From assembly GCA_007123265.1 (NCBI GenBank), contig SKLK01000173.1:1-37980 (forward strand): DNA of 37,980 nt. The letters are read 5' to 3'. The translations under genes were made by a program, and so were the position numbers. The notes under the pieces are model-generated. The model was not told the DNA's origin. It did no database searches and saw only the letters and a program-made list of their open reading frames with translations. This document shows, piece after piece, positions 25,221-34,761 of this stretch (position 1 is the first letter of the stretch; every line of letters begins with the position of its first letter). Origin of the DNA: Kiritimatiellia bacterium (GTDB lineage Bacteria > Verrucomicrobiota > Kiritimatiellia > SLAD01).

Positions 25221-26032
25221 ATGTTCTTTACCGCCTTTACCATGTCTTCCATCCATTTTCCTACCTTGGCCTGCGCGGATCGCGACCGGCCCGCTTCATG
25301 GAATCGCTGTACGATAGCGCTACCGACTACCACCGCATCCGCGTGTTGGGCGGCTTTGGCCGCCTGTTCGGGTGTGGAAATGCCGAATCCCAACGCGATC
25401 GGCAACGGCGATACCCGGCGCGCTCTTTTCAGCAGATCGTTCGCCTCATCGCCGATCGACGACTGGACGCCGGTGACCCCAGTCCGCGATACCGCGTAGA
25501 CGAAACCGCTGCCGTGGCGCACGATCCGTTGGATCCGATCGTCGGGGGTGGTCGGCGTAATCAATGTAATGTGATTCAATCCTGCTCCATGCAGGGTCTC
25601 CGCATACGACCGCGATTCCTCCGCCGGCAGATCAAGAATCAAAAGACCATCAATGCCCGCGCGACCGGCCTGTTTGACCGTGCGCTCGAACCCGGGCGCA
25701 AACAACAAGTTCATGTAGCAATAACACATGATCGGTATGTCGGTGCGCTCGCGCAGGGATTTGACCATTTGAAAGATCCCGCCAATGGTCGTTCCGGAGG
25801 CCAGGGCCCGCGTAGCCGACTCCTGATTCACTCGTCCGTCGGCTAAGGGATCGGAAAAAGGAATCCCCAATTCAATGATGTCCACACCGGCGCGCTCCAA
25901 TAACAGCACCTGCGCCGCGGTTTGGTCCAAGTCGGGATCGCCTGCGGTGATGTACGCAACGAACCCCTTTTGGCCTGCTGCCTGCAAAGCCTTAAAACGC
26001 TGATCGATTCGAGTCATGAAAAGAGCCTTCAT
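25217..26032 (-). CDS. trpA: Tryptophan synthase alpha chain
   Basis: RIDQRFKALQAAGQKGFVAYITAGDP, ELGIPFSDPLADG, GFGIS motifs. Only the last roughly 270 codons of track ORF 25217..26545 are TrpA. ATG 26032 overlaps the coaX TGA (ATGA); ATG 26017 (MTRIDQRF) is an alternative start. Confidence 0.9.
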   Translation of the reverse strand: MKALFMTRIDQRFKALQAAGQKGFVAYITAGDPDLDQTAAQVLLLERAGVDIIELGIPFSDPLADGRVNQESATRALASGTTIGGIFQMVKSLRERTDIPIMCYCYMNLLFAPGFERTVKQAGRAGIDGLLILDLPAEESRSYAETLHGAGLNHITLITPTTPDDRIQRIVRHGSGFVYAVSRTGVTGVQSSIGDEANDLLKRARRVSPLPIALGFGISTPEQAAKAAQHADAVVVGSAIVQRFHEAGRSRSAQAKVGKWMEDMVKAVKNI

Positions 26033-26814
26033 CCAGTTTGGTTCAATTGAAAGATGCGACCAATGCCATACAATGTTAGATCTTGATCGTAAATAAAGGG
26101 TAACTCCATGCCCTTCAACACCCAGCGCGCATAACCGCCCGTAGCGCACAGCGTGATATTCATATTTTTCATCTGTCGCATCAAGTAGATAGCGATTTCC
26201 TTGACCATACCGCGATAACCGTGCAGGGCGCCCAAGCGCATCGCCTGTTCCGTACTTTTGCCGATACGTTGACGCACCGGGACCAAATCGATGCGCGGCA
26301 GCAAGGCCGTCTTTTCGGCCAGGTACTCCAACATCAACGCCGGCCCCGGGGCGATAATACCGCCGGTATACCCCTTGCGCGGTTGAATGATATCGAAGGT
26401 CGTTGCCGTGCCGATATCTACCACGATCACCGGTGCCCGGTAACGAGCAACGGCGCCGGCCAGATTCGCCAACCGATCGGCACCCACCGATTCGGGTTCC
26501 GGGTAGGTAATGGCCGCCCCCAATTTCAAGCGATGATGGATCCATAAGGGGGCCTGCTGGAATACACGGCCCGCCGCATGTTCGATCACCGCATTTTCCG
26601 ATGGAGCCACCGAAGCGAGGGCCACTTGTTCTACACCTGCGTCACGCCACTTTTGGAAGTGTGTTTGCCATGATTGACGGGACCACGTCCCCGTATCGAT
26701 GCGGGCCCGATTGCGGATTCGGTCGAGTTCCAGTACCCCCATAGATATGCTGGAATTGCCAATGTCCATCACCCCGATCGGGGGAGAGCTGGATGCGGGG
26801 GGGGCGGGCTTCAT
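26029..26814 (-). CDS. coaX: Type III pantothenate kinase
   Basis: MDIGNSS, GADRLAN and VVDIGTATTFD motifs. ATG 26814 overlaps the nadC TGA (ATGA); ATG 26769 is an alternative. The track start at 26982 is over-extended into nadC. Confidence 0.85.
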   Translation of the reverse strand: MKPAPPASSSPPIGVMDIGNSSISMGVLELDRIRNRARIDTGTWSRQSWQTHFQKWRDAGVEQVALASVAPSENAVIEHAAGRVFQQAPLWIHHRLKLGAAITYPEPESVGADRLANLAGAVARYRAPVIVVDIGTATTFDIIQPRKGYTGGIIAPGPALMLEYLAEKTALLPRIDLVPVRQRIGKSTEQAMRLGALHGYRGMVKEIAIYLMRQMKNMNITLCATGGYARWVLKGMELPFIYDQDLTLYGIGRIFQLNQTG

Positions 26815-27704
26815 GGGATCTGGGTTATCCATTCCATGGAACAATCCAATGCCGTAGCCGAATGGGTCAAAGCGCCAATCGATATCGCGTCCGGGCCTGC
26901 CGCCGCATAGTCCCGAATGGTATCCAACGTGATCCCTCCAGAGACCTCGATGTTGGCGCGGCCCGCACAATGTGCCACGCAACGGCGAACCTCGTCCGGC
27001 GACATATTGTCCAGCAACAACCAGTCGGGCGAAGTGGTCAGCACGTCATCCAACTGGTCGAAGTGATCAACTTCCACTTGCACCAGCAAGTGGGGATACC
27101 GGGAACGGGCCAAACGTACCGCCGTGGCAAACTGGCGCTGACCTTGTGCGGCCCAAAAGGCCAAGTGATTGTCTTTGATCATAATCCGGTCATAAAGGCC
27201 CATGCGATGATTCGCGCCGCCACCGGCCTGTACCGCTTGCTTTTCCAGCAAGCGCCAGCCGGGCGTCGTTTTGCGGGTGTCGAGGATCGACACGGAAAAG
27301 TCTTTCACTCGCTCCACAAACGTGGATGTAAGGGTCGCGACCCCGCTCAATCGTTGAATGAAATTGAGCGCGGTGCGTTCGCCGGTCAGTATCGCCCGTG
27401 CATGGCCTTTAATCCGCATGATCGGATCGCCCGGATTAACCGACGACCCGTCCTTGGTCAAAATCTTGATCGTGATCCCCGGGTCCAATCGCCGAAACAC
27501 CTCGGTGGCCGGCCGGGTACCGGCGACTACGCCGGACGCCTTCACCAATATATCGGCTGTGGCTTGGGCCGTTTCCGGCACTAGTGCGAGTGTCGTTGCG
27601 TCGCCCGTCCCGACATCTTCGGCCAACGCCATCCGCACCAAATCCATCTGGCCATCGGCAGGGTGCACCGGCGTCCCTTGAAGGGGGGGGGACTTTTCCA
27701 TCAT
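26811..27704 (-). CDS. nadC: Nicotinate-nucleotide pyrophosphorylase (quinolinate phosphoribosyltransferase)
   Basis: LAEDVGTGDATT, GERTALNFIQRLSGVAT, DTRKTTPGWRLLEKQAVQAGGGANHRMGLYD, IKDNH motifs. Confidence 0.92.
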   Translation of the reverse strand: MMEKSPPLQGTPVHPADGQMDLVRMALAEDVGTGDATTLALVPETAQATADILVKASGVVAGTRPATEVFRRLDPGITIKILTKDGSSVNPGDPIMRIKGHARAILTGERTALNFIQRLSGVATLTSTFVERVKDFSVSILDTRKTTPGWRLLEKQAVQAGGGANHRMGLYDRIMIKDNHLAFWAAQGQRQFATAVRLARSRYPHLLVQVEVDHFDQLDDVLTTSPDWLLLDNMSPDEVRRCVAHCAGRANIEVSGGITLDTIRDYAAAGPDAISIGALTHSATALDCSMEWITQIP

Positions 27705-28054
27705 TCACCGCCTCCAATCAGTGGGGTGGCACCGATCGGCAACCGCACATGCAGGCGCGTCCGTGGATGGGGATAGGCGTAAATGGTCCACCACGCCGGT
27801 CGCATGCTTTCAAGGATCGGTTCAGCGGCTTCCGTTTCGGCTTGCACAGTCGGCGGCAGCGGCGAGGGGGACAAATCGCCGATATGATGCTGGGTAGTCA
27901 AGGTCATCCACAGCCCCGCCTGGCTCCGCATGTGTTGTCCCCGTTGTTCCACCCGGGTCACCGAAAAGACCGTTTGCCCTGCCACCACGGCCACGAGGGA
28001 AAGGATCAGCAGCGCGGTTAGCACCTCGATAAAACTGAATCCGTCAGCATTCAT
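27701..28054 (-). CDS. Prepilin-type N-terminal cleavage/methylation domain protein (minor pseudopilin-like)
   Basis: MNADGFSFIEVLTALLILSLVAV: a very short leader, then a G|FSFIE methylation motif and a hydrophobic helix; 117 aa. ATGA overlaps on both sides (gspG stop, nadC start). Confidence 0.65.
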   Translation of the reverse strand: MNADGFSFIEVLTALLILSLVAVVAGQTVFSVTRVEQRGQHMRSQAGLWMTLTTQHHIGDLSPSPLPPTVQAETEAAEPILESMRPAWWTIYAYPHPRTRLHVRLPIGATPLIGGGE

Positions 28055-28509
28055 AATGTCGCACTGGATATTTCCGCCGCATGTCCGGTCCCACCCGGTT
28101 CGCCATCGCTGCCATAGGAAATAATCTCGTAGCGCTCGCCCCGGCGCCCGGGCGACAGATAAATGAATGGATTACCCCACGGATCTGCAGGCACATAGTT
28201 GCGCTGCAAATAGCCCTCTTGCGGATAACTCCGTGGTACCGGTGCGACCGTCGGCCGCGCTACCAACGCCTGCAGCCCTTGCGCCTGCGTCGGATAACGA
28301 CCGTGATCCGTATAATAGATGGCCAACGCCTGTTCCAACTCACTAATCTGAAGCCGCGCCATTTGGACGCGCGACTCGGACTGATGCCGGACCACGTTCA
28401 CCGTCACAATGCCCGCCAAGCCCATGATGATCACCAACACCACGAGGACCTCGATTAGCGTAAATCCGTGATGCCGGGGCCGTTGTCTATTTGGAGTCCC
28501 TGTATTCAT
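28051..28509 (-). CDS. gspG: Type II secretion major pseudopilin GspG-like
   Basis: HGFTLIEVLVVLVIIMGLAG prepilin motif plus GspG-type core: YYTDHGRYPT..QGLQALV, DPWGNPFIYLSPG..GERYEIISYGSDGEPGG. Confidence 0.8.
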   Translation of the reverse strand: MNTGTPNRQRPRHHGFTLIEVLVVLVIIMGLAGIVTVNVVRHQSESRVQMARLQISELEQALAIYYTDHGRYPTQAQGLQALVARPTVAPVPRSYPQEGYLQRNYVPADPWGNPFIYLSPGRRGERYEIISYGSDGEPGGTGHAAEISSATL

Positions 28510-29444
28510 CCGTTCACCTTAAACCACTCGACCGTTTGCTTCAAACCGTCCTCGAACGTGACCTGCGGGGTCCAGTTCAAGGCCTTGCGGGCGCGACTGG
28601 AATCCGCTTGCGAGTCCCGTACATCCCCTTCGCGCGGCGGCTCGTGCACGGGTGTGGCCGTCTGCTTCATCAACGCGCCGATGTCCCGGGCCAACTCGTT
28701 AATCGACGTTCGGTTACCCCAGGCCAGATTGTAGACGCCGCCTGCCGCATCATCCGCTGCGGACATGCAGCACAGGTTTCCCGCCACCACATCATCGACA
28801 AAAGTAAAGTCTCTGGTTTGCTCGCCATCCCCGTGAATCCGCGGCGCGTCTCCCCGCTGATACGCCTGCACGAACAACGGAATAACTGCGGCGTAATGGG
28901 AGGCTGGGTCCTGGCGCGGGCCAAACACATTGAAATAACGCAGCGAATAAGTCCGCAACCCGTACAATTCCCAGAATATGCGGAGATAATGTTCCCCCGT
29001 CAGCTTCGACAACGCGTAGGGCGACAACGGGTTGGGTAACATGTCTTCCCGCTTAGGCAATTCCTCCGTATTTCCGTATACGGACGACGAGGAGCTGAAG
29101 ATGACACGTTCCACGCCTGCTTCCCGGGCCGCCAATAATAGATTCAAGGTACCGGTCACATTCACTTCGTGCGTGCTGAGCGGATCGGTTACCGATCGGG
29201 CCACCGACGGCAACGCACCCAAGTGAAAGATGTGTTGCACACCGAGCACGGCGTCAAACAGTGCGTCGGTATCCCGCAGATCGCCGGTCTGCAAATCAAT
29301 ATCCGCTTTTAGTTCAGCCAGGTTTTCATGGCGCCCGGTCGAAAAATTGTCCAGCACACGGACCGAATGCCCCTGCGCCAACAAGGCCCGCACCAGATTT
29401 GATCCGATAAAGCCGGCTCCGCCGGTCACTAAACATGAAGCCAT
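28506..29444 (-). CDS. NAD-dependent sugar-nucleotide epimerase/dehydratase (extended SDR, WbpP/TviC-like 4-epimerase family)
   Basis: VTGGAGFIGSNL Rossmann motif, LDNFSTG, catalytic SPYALSK (YxxxK); 312 aa. Confidence 0.85.
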   Translation of the reverse strand: MASCLVTGGAGFIGSNLVRALLAQGHSVRVLDNFSTGRHENLAELKADIDLQTGDLRDTDALFDAVLGVQHIFHLGALPSVARSVTDPLSTHEVNVTGTLNLLLAAREAGVERVIFSSSSSVYGNTEELPKREDMLPNPLSPYALSKLTGEHYLRIFWELYGLRTYSLRYFNVFGPRQDPASHYAAVIPLFVQAYQRGDAPRIHGDGEQTRDFTFVDDVVAGNLCCMSAADDAAGGVYNLAWGNRTSINELARDIGALMKQTATPVHEPPREGDVRDSQADSSRARKALNWTPQVTFEDGLKQTVEWFKVNG

Positions 29445-29467
29445 CGATCCATTTTCCTTTCCGGCGG

Positions 29468-31753
29468 TTAACGTCCGCCCAAGCGCAATTCTGTTTCAGG
29501 GAAGGCCAGGAGCGAGACCTGCGCCCAAACCCGCCATTCCGTATCACCTTCACGATCCTGCCGTCCCCGCACACCGATACCGAACCGGGTACAATCCAAC
29601 CGTCGCTGGACCAGATACGTCTGCTCCTCCAAATCGCCAGCGTCTATATCATATCGCCAATAGGCTTGATAAGCCCATTTTCCTGTTGGGAACAAGTTGA
29701 TCCCTGCTTGAATCGTTTCGCGCCGGTCCCGCTGATAGCGATGCTCCACGCTGATCGAGCTCCGATCACGCGCCAGCAGGCGAAGTTGCGTATTCAGGCG
29801 TTCCGTTTCGTGCGCATACCAGTCATAGGCGCCGTTCACGTCGATCTGCATCCAATCGGTCAGGCGGATGCGGGTATCAAGATAGAAATGATCGAAATCG
29901 CGTTCGTCTGCGCGAGGCTCGATCCGGTAGAACGTGAACGTGTTCAAATCAATGAAATCATGGACGCGGGTCGGACGGCGGCGCGCCGGTTGATCCGTCT
30001 CCTGTTCCGTATCCCCGACCCGCACCCGGCCGCCGCGCCGGGTTTGCAATTTATTTCGCATACCGATCAACACATCATGGCGTCGATCCAGTTGATCCAC
30101 CGCATCAAACTGATACAGATCGTCCGGGCGCAGATTGGGTTTCGGAATCCACGTGTACCCCGAGTAAGGCTCCGCGATATGTCGCAGTCCATGGCCCAAA
30201 TAGTTCGGCCGCTGATTCCATACCCGAAACGACTTGAACGACGTCTCCAACCCCACCTCGAATAGGTGACGCAAGTCGGCGCTACCGTCACGAATGACCA
30301 GCTCGGACTCCTCGGTGATTTGACTTTCGCCATCCGCATCCACCGTCGTCACCAGATTGGTGCGCAGTGCCAGCTCGGGCAAGGCCGAATAGCCTGTCGC
30401 CCGATAGCCAACTCGCGGAATCACTGAGAGAAATCCGAAGTGTCGCATCGGGTATAAAACAGTGTGACTGGAATCCAGCCGGATGGCACTGTAGCTCTCA
30501 CTCGCGCTGCCCCGCGGGAATACGCGTTCCAAATAGGCAGCCCGATTATCACTATCGTAAAAGAAACCCGATTGGCCCAACTCCCGCCGATTTATATCGA
30601 GCGACAGCTCAGGCATGCGATTGACGTTATTATAGAAATCGTTGAGCCGCATGTTGAGCAATATGCCCGCTGTGTAATTGTCCGAGCGACGCGAGAAACT
30701 GATTCGGTTTTCCGGCTGCACCTGCCGGCGGAAGGCACTGTCGAAGAAATCCTCCAGCACAAAGGGATCACTCAAATAGTTGACCTCCGAGATCAACAGG
30801 TTGCGGTCCCCTACCCCTTGCACATGACTGAGACCAAACCAGTAGCGTTCACGATCCACCAATCCTTCGCGAAAAGGACGCTGCCGGGAAGAGACCAGCG
30901 GCCGGTCATCGCTGGCGTAATAGGCTTGAAACCGGCCAAACGCCCGGTATTCAGGGAATCGCCAGCGGAAGCGTTGGCCCGCCGCCCAGCCGCGTCGCTC
31001 ACGATAATCCAATTGGGTCGTCGCCCGCACTTGATCGATCGGGTAGTAGTTGTATCCCGTCAATAGATACGCACCATGCCGACTACTGTAGCCAGGGATA
31101 ATGGTGATATTGCTGCGGCTCTCTAAATCCCGCTTCATATAAGGCACATAAAAGAGCGGGACCCCGTATAGGCGCGGAACCACATGTCGCGCGCGCACAA
31201 TCGACCCGTCCGTCAAGCTGGCGGACCGCGCCCGGATCGCAAACTCCTGACGCTCTTCGGGGGCGCAAGTGGTCAGCCGCACGCCGCGCATTTCCACGCG
31301 ATTCGTACTCACTTGCCGTGCTTCGCGAGCGGAGACAAAGTAGGGCTCATTGTGAACGACGAACGGCCCGATATCACCGGTTTGCGTCGCAAAATTGTAG
31401 CGCAACGACTCGCCTTGCCACAGACCGCTGACGCGTTCGAAACGGATATTGCCTTGCACCAGCGCATCCTGCGTCTCGAGGTCAATGCGGACGTAATCCG
31501 CGTAGAGTGTATCCACCCCTTGGCGCACCACCACATCGCCGATCGCTTCCAGCACACGCGTGGCCCAGTCATACTCCAACCGGTCGGCATCCACTTCGAT
31601 CGGCAAATCCTGCTCCCCACCGGCGCGGCCCGGGACCGTAACCGGTTCGCGAACAGCCGGTGACTCAACCGATTCGGACTGAACAGCGGGACCCCAGCCG
31701 AACCCGGAAACCAGTAGCCAAATTAAAATGATCGTTCGTGATGGGGCATTCAT
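29468..31753 (-). CDS. lptD: LPS-assembly outer membrane protein LptD (OstA family)
   Basis: 761 aa with a signal peptide and an N-terminal OstA-like domain (ADRLEYDWATRVLEAIGDVVVRQGVDTLYADYVRIDLETQDALVQGNIRFE), followed by a long aromatic- and Arg-rich beta-barrel-like region. Confidence 0.8.
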   Translation of the reverse strand: MNAPSRTIILIWLLVSGFGWGPAVQSESVESPAVREPVTVPGRAGGEQDLPIEVDADRLEYDWATRVLEAIGDVVVRQGVDTLYADYVRIDLETQDALVQGNIRFERVSGLWQGESLRYNFATQTGDIGPFVVHNEPYFVSAREARQVSTNRVEMRGVRLTTCAPEERQEFAIRARSASLTDGSIVRARHVVPRLYGVPLFYVPYMKRDLESRSNITIIPGYSSRHGAYLLTGYNYYPIDQVRATTQLDYRERRGWAAGQRFRWRFPEYRAFGRFQAYYASDDRPLVSSRQRPFREGLVDRERYWFGLSHVQGVGDRNLLISEVNYLSDPFVLEDFFDSAFRRQVQPENRISFSRRSDNYTAGILLNMRLNDFYNNVNRMPELSLDINRRELGQSGFFYDSDNRAAYLERVFPRGSASESYSAIRLDSSHTVLYPMRHFGFLSVIPRVGYRATGYSALPELALRTNLVTTVDADGESQITEESELVIRDGSADLRHLFEVGLETSFKSFRVWNQRPNYLGHGLRHIAEPYSGYTWIPKPNLRPDDLYQFDAVDQLDRRHDVLIGMRNKLQTRRGGRVRVGDTEQETDQPARRRPTRVHDFIDLNTFTFYRIEPRADERDFDHFYLDTRIRLTDWMQIDVNGAYDWYAHETERLNTQLRLLARDRSSISVEHRYQRDRRETIQAGINLFPTGKWAYQAYWRYDIDAGDLEEQTYLVQRRLDCTRFGIGVRGRQDREGDTEWRVWAQVSLLAFPETELRLGGR

Positions 31754-31862
31754 GCTTGAAATGTGGGCAAACTAGCACAGCGCTGAACAGAGGCCAATAC
31801 CATTTCACCGCCGTTCATTGGCATGAAGCGCGTCGCTGCCCCGGGAAGTCTTTGATTAAGAC

Positions 31863-31891
31863 TTGAATGCACCCCATGCCGGTGAATAATG
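31863..31891 (+). promoter_or_regulatory. Putative sigma70-type promoter for trkA-trkH
   Basis: TTGAAT (31863-31868), 16-17 nt spacer, AATAAT/ATAATG (31885-31891), upstream of AGGAG (31905-31909). Pattern match by eye only. Confidence 0.3.
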
Positions 31892-31917
31892 GTGCCCAAT
31901 CAACAGGAGTACTCACT

Positions 31918-33273
31918 TTGAGAGTTGTCATCGTAGGTGCCGGCGCAGCCGGCCAGCAATTAGCGCGCCGGCTGTGTGCGGAGCGGCATGATGTGATCAT
32001 GATCGATCAGTCGGCCGCGCCCTTGGCCGAAATCGAATCGCAAGTCGACGTCATGACGATCGTCGGACCAGGTTCGAGCCCGCAAACGTTGCAGCAAGCT
32101 GAAATCGGTAAAGCCAACCTGCTGGTGGCCGTGACGAGCAAGGATGAAGTAAACATTCTGGCCTGCCTACTGGCCCACGCCGCCGGAACCCCGCACAAGG
32201 TCGCCCGTATTTCGAACACGGACTACATCAATGAAAGTGGTCCATTCGATTTGCGCACCCTCGGCATTGATTTGGTGGTAAGTCAGAAAGAGGAATGCGC
32301 ACACGACCTCTTCAATGTCTTGCGTCTGCCGGGCACGATTGAGGTCGTAGACGTGCTGGCCGAGCGCGCGGTGGTGGTCGGGATCAAGGTTGACATGGAC
32401 AGCCCCATGGCGATGGCCAGTTTGAGCCAGTTTCCCCGATCGGACTTGATCAACCAAATCCGCTTCATCGCCTTGCAGCGCGGACAGGATCTATCGATTC
32501 CGCGGGGCGACACGCAGTTCATGTTTGGCGACGACGTCTACATGGTCGGCGACCCGGACGCCATCAGCAAATTCTTACACTGGGCCTATCCGGAACAGCG
32601 GGATTTTCGGCGGATCGTGATTGCCGGTGGCGGCGATCTGGGCTTTCACTTGGCGACCTTGCTGGAGAGCGTTCCGGCTGAAACGGTAATCTTGGAACCA
32701 GACCCTGAACGCGCGGAATATTGCGCCGATCGCTTGGGCAACGCCCTGATCCTGAAGGTCGACCCACTGGACCCGGCCACCTTGGACGAGGTGGGGATCA
32801 CCTCCGACACCGCTTTCGTGGCGGCTACCGATGACGATGAAAACAACATCATTTGTTGTTTGCTGGCCGAAAAGCGAGGCGCCTCCTTCACGGCGGCACA
32901 GGTAACCAAGGCCGGCTATGCGCCAATTATCAATAGTTTGAGTCTCTTGGACCGCGCGGTGAATCCCTACACTTCGATGATCAACGCCATTTCGCGGTTC
33001 ATTCGTGGCACCCACATCGAGGCCGCGGCCACCCTCTATAGTTTGCCGGGCGAATTGATCGAGGTCACACTGCCTGCCGACAGCCCGTGGGTGAACCGTT
33101 CGGTAGAGGATGTTGGTGCCTTGAAAGGCGGAATTATCGCTGCGGTATTACGGGAGGACGCCGTGATTTCGGCGACGGGGGACTTGGTTTTGCAAGCGAA
33201 AGACCGATTGATCTTGTTTGCGCTGCCGAAAGCCGCAAATCATATCTTACGTAAATTGCGGAGTCGTTCCTGA
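31918..33273 (+). CDS. trkA: Trk potassium uptake system NAD-binding subunit TrkA
   Basis: Two RCK/NAD-binding modules (VIVGAGAAGQQLA and VIAGGGDLGFHLA). I prefer the TTG start at 31918, which is 8 nt after AGGAG and gives MRVVIVGAGAAG. The track ATG at 31867 adds 17 unlikely residues. Confidence 0.88.
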   Translation: MRVVIVGAGAAGQQLARRLCAERHDVIMIDQSAAPLAEIESQVDVMTIVGPGSSPQTLQQAEIGKANLLVAVTSKDEVNILACLLAHAAGTPHKVARISNTDYINESGPFDLRTLGIDLVVSQKEECAHDLFNVLRLPGTIEVVDVLAERAVVVGIKVDMDSPMAMASLSQFPRSDLINQIRFIALQRGQDLSIPRGDTQFMFGDDVYMVGDPDAISKFLHWAYPEQRDFRRIVIAGGGDLGFHLATLLESVPAETVILEPDPERAEYCADRLGNALILKVDPLDPATLDEVGITSDTAFVAATDDDENNIICCLLAEKRGASFTAAQVTKAGYAPIINSLSLLDRAVNPYTSMINAISRFIRGTHIEAAATLYSLPGELIEVTLPADSPWVNRSVEDVGALKGGIIAAVLREDAVISATGDLVLQAKDRLILFALPKAANHILRKLRSRS

Positions 33274-33312
33274 CACTCGTCGATTTGACGAACAGCTCCG
33301 GCCCAAACAACC

Positions 33313-34761
33313 ATGAACATTCGAGCCGTTTTTCATCTGATTTCTTTTCTATTGGCCTTCATTACCATCGGCGTGTTCGCCAGCTACGGCGTCTCTTGGC
33401 TGTATAATGATGCGTGGGCCGTGCAACAAGGAATGCGTGCAGCTTCGCTGCTGTCGTTGTTGATCAGCGGTGCGCTCTGGTATTATACGCGTGGACCGAT
33501 TGATTTATCGCGGCGGGACGGGTTCGGCATTGTCGTCTTCGGCTGGTTGGCCGCGATGATCGTGGCGATGATTCCCTATCTATTGACCGGGGCCATCCCC
33601 GATCCGTTCGCGGCCATGTTCGAGAGCATGTCCGGACTTACCGCCACCGGTTCAACGGCGCTGGTGGATATCGAAGCCCTACCGGCGGGCATCCTTTTCT
33701 GGCGTTCGTTGACCCAGTGGTATGGCGGGATGGGTATCATCGTCATGGCCGTCGCGATTTTGCCGTTTCTGGGCGTCGGCGGCATGCAGTTGTTCAATGC
33801 GGAGATGAGCGGTCCATCGAAAGACCGCTTGACCCCGCGGATCGCCTCGACCGCGAAGCTACTGTGGGGACTGTATGTTTTGCTGACGCTCGTGGCACTG
33901 GTCGCGTTGCGGTGGGCAGGCCTGAATTGGTTCGATGCCATCAATCACGCCCTCACCTCGGCGGCGACCGGCGGATTTTCGACGTACAATGCCAGTATTG
34001 CCCACTTTCAAAGTGTCGCGGTCGAACTGATCATTGCCGGGGTGGCGCTGCTCAGCGCCATCAGCTTCCCGCTTCACTACCGCGCCCTGACAGGACGTCC
34101 AATCGTCTATTTCCGCGACCCGCAATTGCGATTTTTTATGAGCGTATGGGTGTTGGCTATTCTTGTTGTGACCTGGAACCTGTTGGCCCACTCCAATTCG
34201 TCGCTTACGCACAGTCTACGGGCGGCGGTCTTTCAAGTGACCACGTTTATCACCTCGGCAGGTTTCGTGTCGGCGGATTATGATCAGTGGCCGGCCTTTT
34301 CCCGCTTCGTCTTGTTGCTCTTAATGATTGTGGGCGGTTGCGCGGGGTCTACGACGGGCGGCATGAAGATGATTCGCGTCTTCGTTTTGATGAAGAAGGC
34401 CGTGCGGGAGATCCGGTTGTTTATGCGCCCCAACGCGGTGGTTCAGGTTAAGATCGGTCCCCATACGCTTTCCCAGGATGTGATCTCGAAAGTGACGTCC
34501 TACTTTGTCATCTACATGATGATCTGGATGCTGGGCACCCTGGCGATGACGCTATTCACGCCGGACTTGGAGTCCGCCTTCAGCGCCGTGGTCACGGCGC
34601 TAAGCAATATGGGGCCGGCTTTCGGCACAGTGGGCGCCACTCAGAATTTTTCGCATATCGGTTCCGGCGGCAAAGTGTTGATGACGTTCCTGATGTTGCT
34701 TGGCCGGCTTGAGTTATATACCGTCTTGGTTTTGTTTTTACCCAGCTTTTGGAAAAGATGA
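33313..34761 (+). CDS. trkH: Trk potassium uptake system membrane subunit TrkH
   Basis: 482-aa polytopic protein with TrkH/KtrB-type selectivity-loop motifs (TATGS, TQWYGGMG, SAATGGFST, GGCAGSTTGGMK). Confidence 0.9.
   Translation: MNIRAVFHLISFLLAFITIGVFASYGVSWLYNDAWAVQQGMRAASLLSLLISGALWYYTRGPIDLSRRDGFGIVVFGWLAAMIVAMIPYLLTGAIPDPFAAMFESMSGLTATGSTALVDIEALPAGILFWRSLTQWYGGMGIIVMAVAILPFLGVGGMQLFNAEMSGPSKDRLTPRIASTAKLLWGLYVLLTLVALVALRWAGLNWFDAINHALTSAATGGFSTYNASIAHFQSVAVELIIAGVALLSAISFPLHYRALTGRPIVYFRDPQLRFFMSVWVLAILVVTWNLLAHSNSSLTHSLRAAVFQVTTFITSAGFVSADYDQWPAFSRFVLLLLMIVGGCAGSTTGGMKMIRVFVLMKKAVREIRLFMRPNAVVQVKIGPHTLSQDVISKVTSYFVIYMMIWMLGTLAMTLFTPDLESAFSAVVTALSNMGPAFGTVGATQNFSHIGSGGKVLMTFLMLLGRLELYTVLVLFLPSFWKR

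Noticed and set aside
26033-26545. The first 171 codons of the 442-aa track ORF 25217..26545, which would give TrpA a long N-terminal extension.
   Set aside because: The extension is Arg/Gly-rich, low-complexity sequence. It overlaps the well-supported coaX gene in another frame. The TrpA homology starts at MTRIDQRF, and an ATG at 26032 overlaps the coaX stop. This is a GC-driven open frame, not coding sequence.
31754-31917. A possible riboswitch or leader (for example c-di-AMP type) in the divergent lptD/trkA intergenic region.
   Set aside because: The region is only 164 bp and is shared by two divergent promoters. The putative trkA promoter leaves a leader of only about 20-25 nt. I saw no conserved riboswitch core motifs.
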